DNA from: Spirulina sp. | Lineage (GTDB): Bacteria > Cyanobacteriota > Cyanobacteriia > Phormidesmidales > Phormidesmidaceae | Assembly (NCBI GenBank): GCA_044070495.1 | Contig: JBIPSI010000010.1 | Location: 100,480-164,479, forward strand | DNA length: 64,000 nt | Direction: 5' to 3' | In this document: piece by piece, positions 61,681 through 64,000 of the stretch | Position numbering within the stretch: the first letter of the stretch is position 1 | Layout: every line of letters starts with the position of its first letter | Notes under the pieces: model-generated | Database searches by the model: none | What the model was told of the DNA's origin: nothing | Seen by the model: the letters and a program-made list of their open reading frames with translations, nothing else | Position numbers and translations under genes: made by a program

Positions 61681-63777
61681 ATGGCAAATCTTCCTGTTCA
61701 GCGCATGGTGCTCTATAAGCATGGCGTAGGGTTCTTTGAGCGATACGGTTCTGTCGGGGATGGGGCAATCGCCACCCTGACGTTCAAGAAAGCGGAGATG
61801 AATGACATCCTCAAAAGCCTAGCGGCCTTTCCCCAGGGAGATGGCCGAGTGATTAATGTCTCCTACGATACGCCTGAGGACAAGCAAGAAGCCCTGAAAA
61901 ATGCGCCCATGGTGCTGGGAAAAAGTACGGCCCTGCTGGACTTGTTGCGATCACTCCGGGGTCGCCAAGTTTGCCTCCACATGATGCCCAACCATTCCGC
62001 CCCAGGCTCCAGCCCAGAATCTGAGGTCGAAACACGCCCTGAATTCACTGTCACTGGCAGTCTCATCGGGATTGACTTGAGTGACGACACTACCTTAGAA
62101 AACACCTTAGTTTCCATCTTGACCGAGGGAACCACGAGTAGCAGTACGCCAAAGCTTCGCAGCTATTTGCTCTCTCAAGTTCGGGGACTAGATATTTTAG
62201 ATACCGAAAGCAGCAACGATTTGCGCTATGTCTTAGAACTGAGTCAGGCTAACGAAGACAAGCGTGGCGTTTCGATTTTGCTTGATCGCGCTAATGAAGA
62301 ACTGTTAGTCACCTACGTCGCTCCAACGCCTACCTGGCGGGTCAGCTATCGCCTTGCCTACAAACCTAGCGACGCTGAGGCAGAGGACAATCAAGAGCTT
62401 CTGAATAGGAGCGAAACGGGAGAGGTGTTTATTCAAGGTTGGGGCATTGTGGACAACCAACTGGATGAAGATCTCGACAATGTTTCTCTGACGCTGATTG
62501 CCGGACAACCGATTAGCTTTGTTTACGATCTTTACACGCCACATTTTGTCGAGCGCCCGCAGGTTAAGGATGAGGCTCGGACGGTTCCTGGGCCAGTGAT
62601 GTTTGAAGAAAGCCTAGGGCCTGACGAAAGTCCAATGATGTTTGAAGTCGATGCTATTGAATCGTCCCTTCCAGAAGATGATTTTGACGTAGCGACTTTT
62701 TCTGCTTCATCAAGCTTAGGTGGTTCCGGTAATCGTAGAATGCGGCGCAACCTCTCGGAAGCCACTCAGGTTCAAGCGGCGGGCGTGGCTCGGGGTGAGC
62801 TATTTCAGTATGACGTTACGATGCCCGTCAGCATCAAGCGTGGACAAAGCGCCATGGTGCCAATTTTGGAAGCTCGTTTGTCGGGGCGTAAGCAATATCT
62901 GTTTAACCAAGCTAAAACTCCTGCTCATCCTGTGGTCACTATTATTGCGACGAATACAACCTCTCTAACCTTAGAGCGAGGGCCAGCCACGGTCTTAGAA
63001 GCGGATGACTATGTGGGAGAAGCAGTGTTGGCATTTACACCCGCCCAAGGCGAATTATTTGTGCCCTATGCCGTTGATTTAGGCACAACTATCACAACGA
63101 AGGTTGAAGAATATCAGGAAACAGCCGCCATTACCTTTGGAACCTTGAATGATGCCAGCAGAGACCAATTTTTTATCCATGATCGATACCAAATCAGGAA
63201 AACAACTTACCAAATTGAGAACCGCAATACCTATTCGCTCAACCTGATGATTGAGCAGGATATCTACTCCCCATACGAAATTTTTGACATGGCAGCGCCA
63301 GCAGAAATTACAGCCGAAGCACGTCGGTGGCAAATTCCAATTCAGGCAAAGGAAAGCCAGGTGTTTATCGTTAAAGAACGATGGAGAGCAACCCGTCGAG
63401 AACGGCTATTAGGCCTAGACTATCAAACCCTCAAAAACTATTTTAATAATCGGTTCATCGACCAAGAAACATTAGAACGCCTTAATCAAATTCTTGAAAT
63501 CGATCAAGACTCTAGGCGAATTCAGAAAAAAGTAGAGGAAAACAAAGCCCAGGACGAATGGCTCAGCGATCAGCAAGAGAGTGCAACTTCCAAGTTGCAA
63601 AGGTTAGACCGAACGGGCCAGGAAGGCTTAGCTCGACAGAAGTTTGTGGCACGGGTTCAGCAGTGGGAATCGGATCGTGAAGTGTTGGCTCAGGAGTCCC
63701 AGGAATTAGAGCAACAACTAGAATCCTTAACCCAGCAGCGATGGGAGATCCTACAACGATTGGCGACAACGGAGTAG
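61681..63777 (+). CDS. DUF4139-like protein with a C-terminal coiled coil
   Basis: VLYKHGVGFFER, MNDILKSL, PTWRVSYRL, GWGIVDN, RGQSAMVPI; start moved to MANLP. Confidence 0.8.
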   Translation: MANLPVQRMVLYKHGVGFFERYGSVGDGAIATLTFKKAEMNDILKSLAAFPQGDGRVINVSYDTPEDKQEALKNAPMVLGKSTALLDLLRSLRGRQVCLHMMPNHSAPGSSPESEVETRPEFTVTGSLIGIDLSDDTTLENTLVSILTEGTTSSSTPKLRSYLLSQVRGLDILDTESSNDLRYVLELSQANEDKRGVSILLDRANEELLVTYVAPTPTWRVSYRLAYKPSDAEAEDNQELLNRSETGEVFIQGWGIVDNQLDEDLDNVSLTLIAGQPISFVYDLYTPHFVERPQVKDEARTVPGPVMFEESLGPDESPMMFEVDAIESSLPEDDFDVATFSASSSLGGSGNRRMRRNLSEATQVQAAGVARGELFQYDVTMPVSIKRGQSAMVPILEARLSGRKQYLFNQAKTPAHPVVTIIATNTTSLTLERGPATVLEADDYVGEAVLAFTPAQGELFVPYAVDLGTTITTKVEEYQETAAITFGTLNDASRDQFFIHDRYQIRKTTYQIENRNTYSLNLMIEQDIYSPYEIFDMAAPAEITAEARRWQIPIQAKESQVFIVKERWRATRRERLLGLDYQTLKNYFNNRFIDQETLERLNQILEIDQDSRRIQKKVEENKAQDEWLSDQQESATSKLQRLDRTGQEGLARQKFVARVQQWESDREVLAQESQELEQQLESLTQQRWEILQRLATTE

Positions 63778-63866
63778 TATCTCTAAACGCATGGTGCCGC
63801 CACGAGTTGGGATACCGAAGGTGTTTGCCTTTGATATCGCTACCTGTTGATCAATGGTCCTGATTG

Positions 63867-64000
63867 CCTGACACATCTCCAAAGTAGGTTGGGTGCGGCG
63901 CAGCGGAACCCAATACTCGCCGAGAATTTCAGGCTTGTTGGGTTCTGCTATCGCGCCACCCAACCTACGAGAAATCAAGGCTTTTTGGCATTGTGTCAGG
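63867..64000. mobile_element. MITE-like element enclosing a REPIN-like doublet
   Basis: Outer inverted repeats CCTGACACA/TGTGTCAGG around GTAGGTTGGGT...ACCCAACCTAC (63884-63968); reaches the window edge. Confidence 0.65.

Noticed and set aside
1..64000. CRISPR array, tRNA/rRNA genes, integrase or full transposase
   Set aside because: No regularly spaced repeat-spacer series, RNA gene or recombinase/transposase ORF was recognised.

Overview
Chromosomal window from a moderately GC-rich cyanobacterium; a filamentous Leptolyngbya/Nodosilinea-like lineage is inferred from gene content. Most of it is housekeeping: ndhK-ndhC, rubA-ycf48-psbEFLJ, rne-rnhB, rnj-dapA-asd, tig-clpP-clpX, bioA, pheA, ureA/ureB, psaI, glgP, an RND pump, ndhD, dapL, ftsX, ftsH and mutS. 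Accessory genes and several families of small dispersed repeats are interspersed. The strongest candidate for a new system is a translationally coupled gene pair at 46412-49481. It encodes a caspase-like CHAT protease and a membrane-associated NACHT (NLR-like) protein. The C-terminus of the protease and the N-terminus of the NACHT protein carry the same 31-aa N/Q/G/S/V/I-rich motif (21/31 identical, with largely synonymous codon differences in the core), the layout expected of amyloid signalling. Other notable items: apparent absence of the HIP1 core CGATCG, an AT-rich degenerate RNase III-like gene with a Cys tail, an S41 peptidase between ureA and ureB, a candidate NtcA-activated sRNA, an unannotated 51-aa zinc-ribbon ORF, a ZIP transporter with an inserted cNMP domain, and an active/inactive histidine-phosphatase pair. 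All family calls come from motif recognition by eye; no searches were run.
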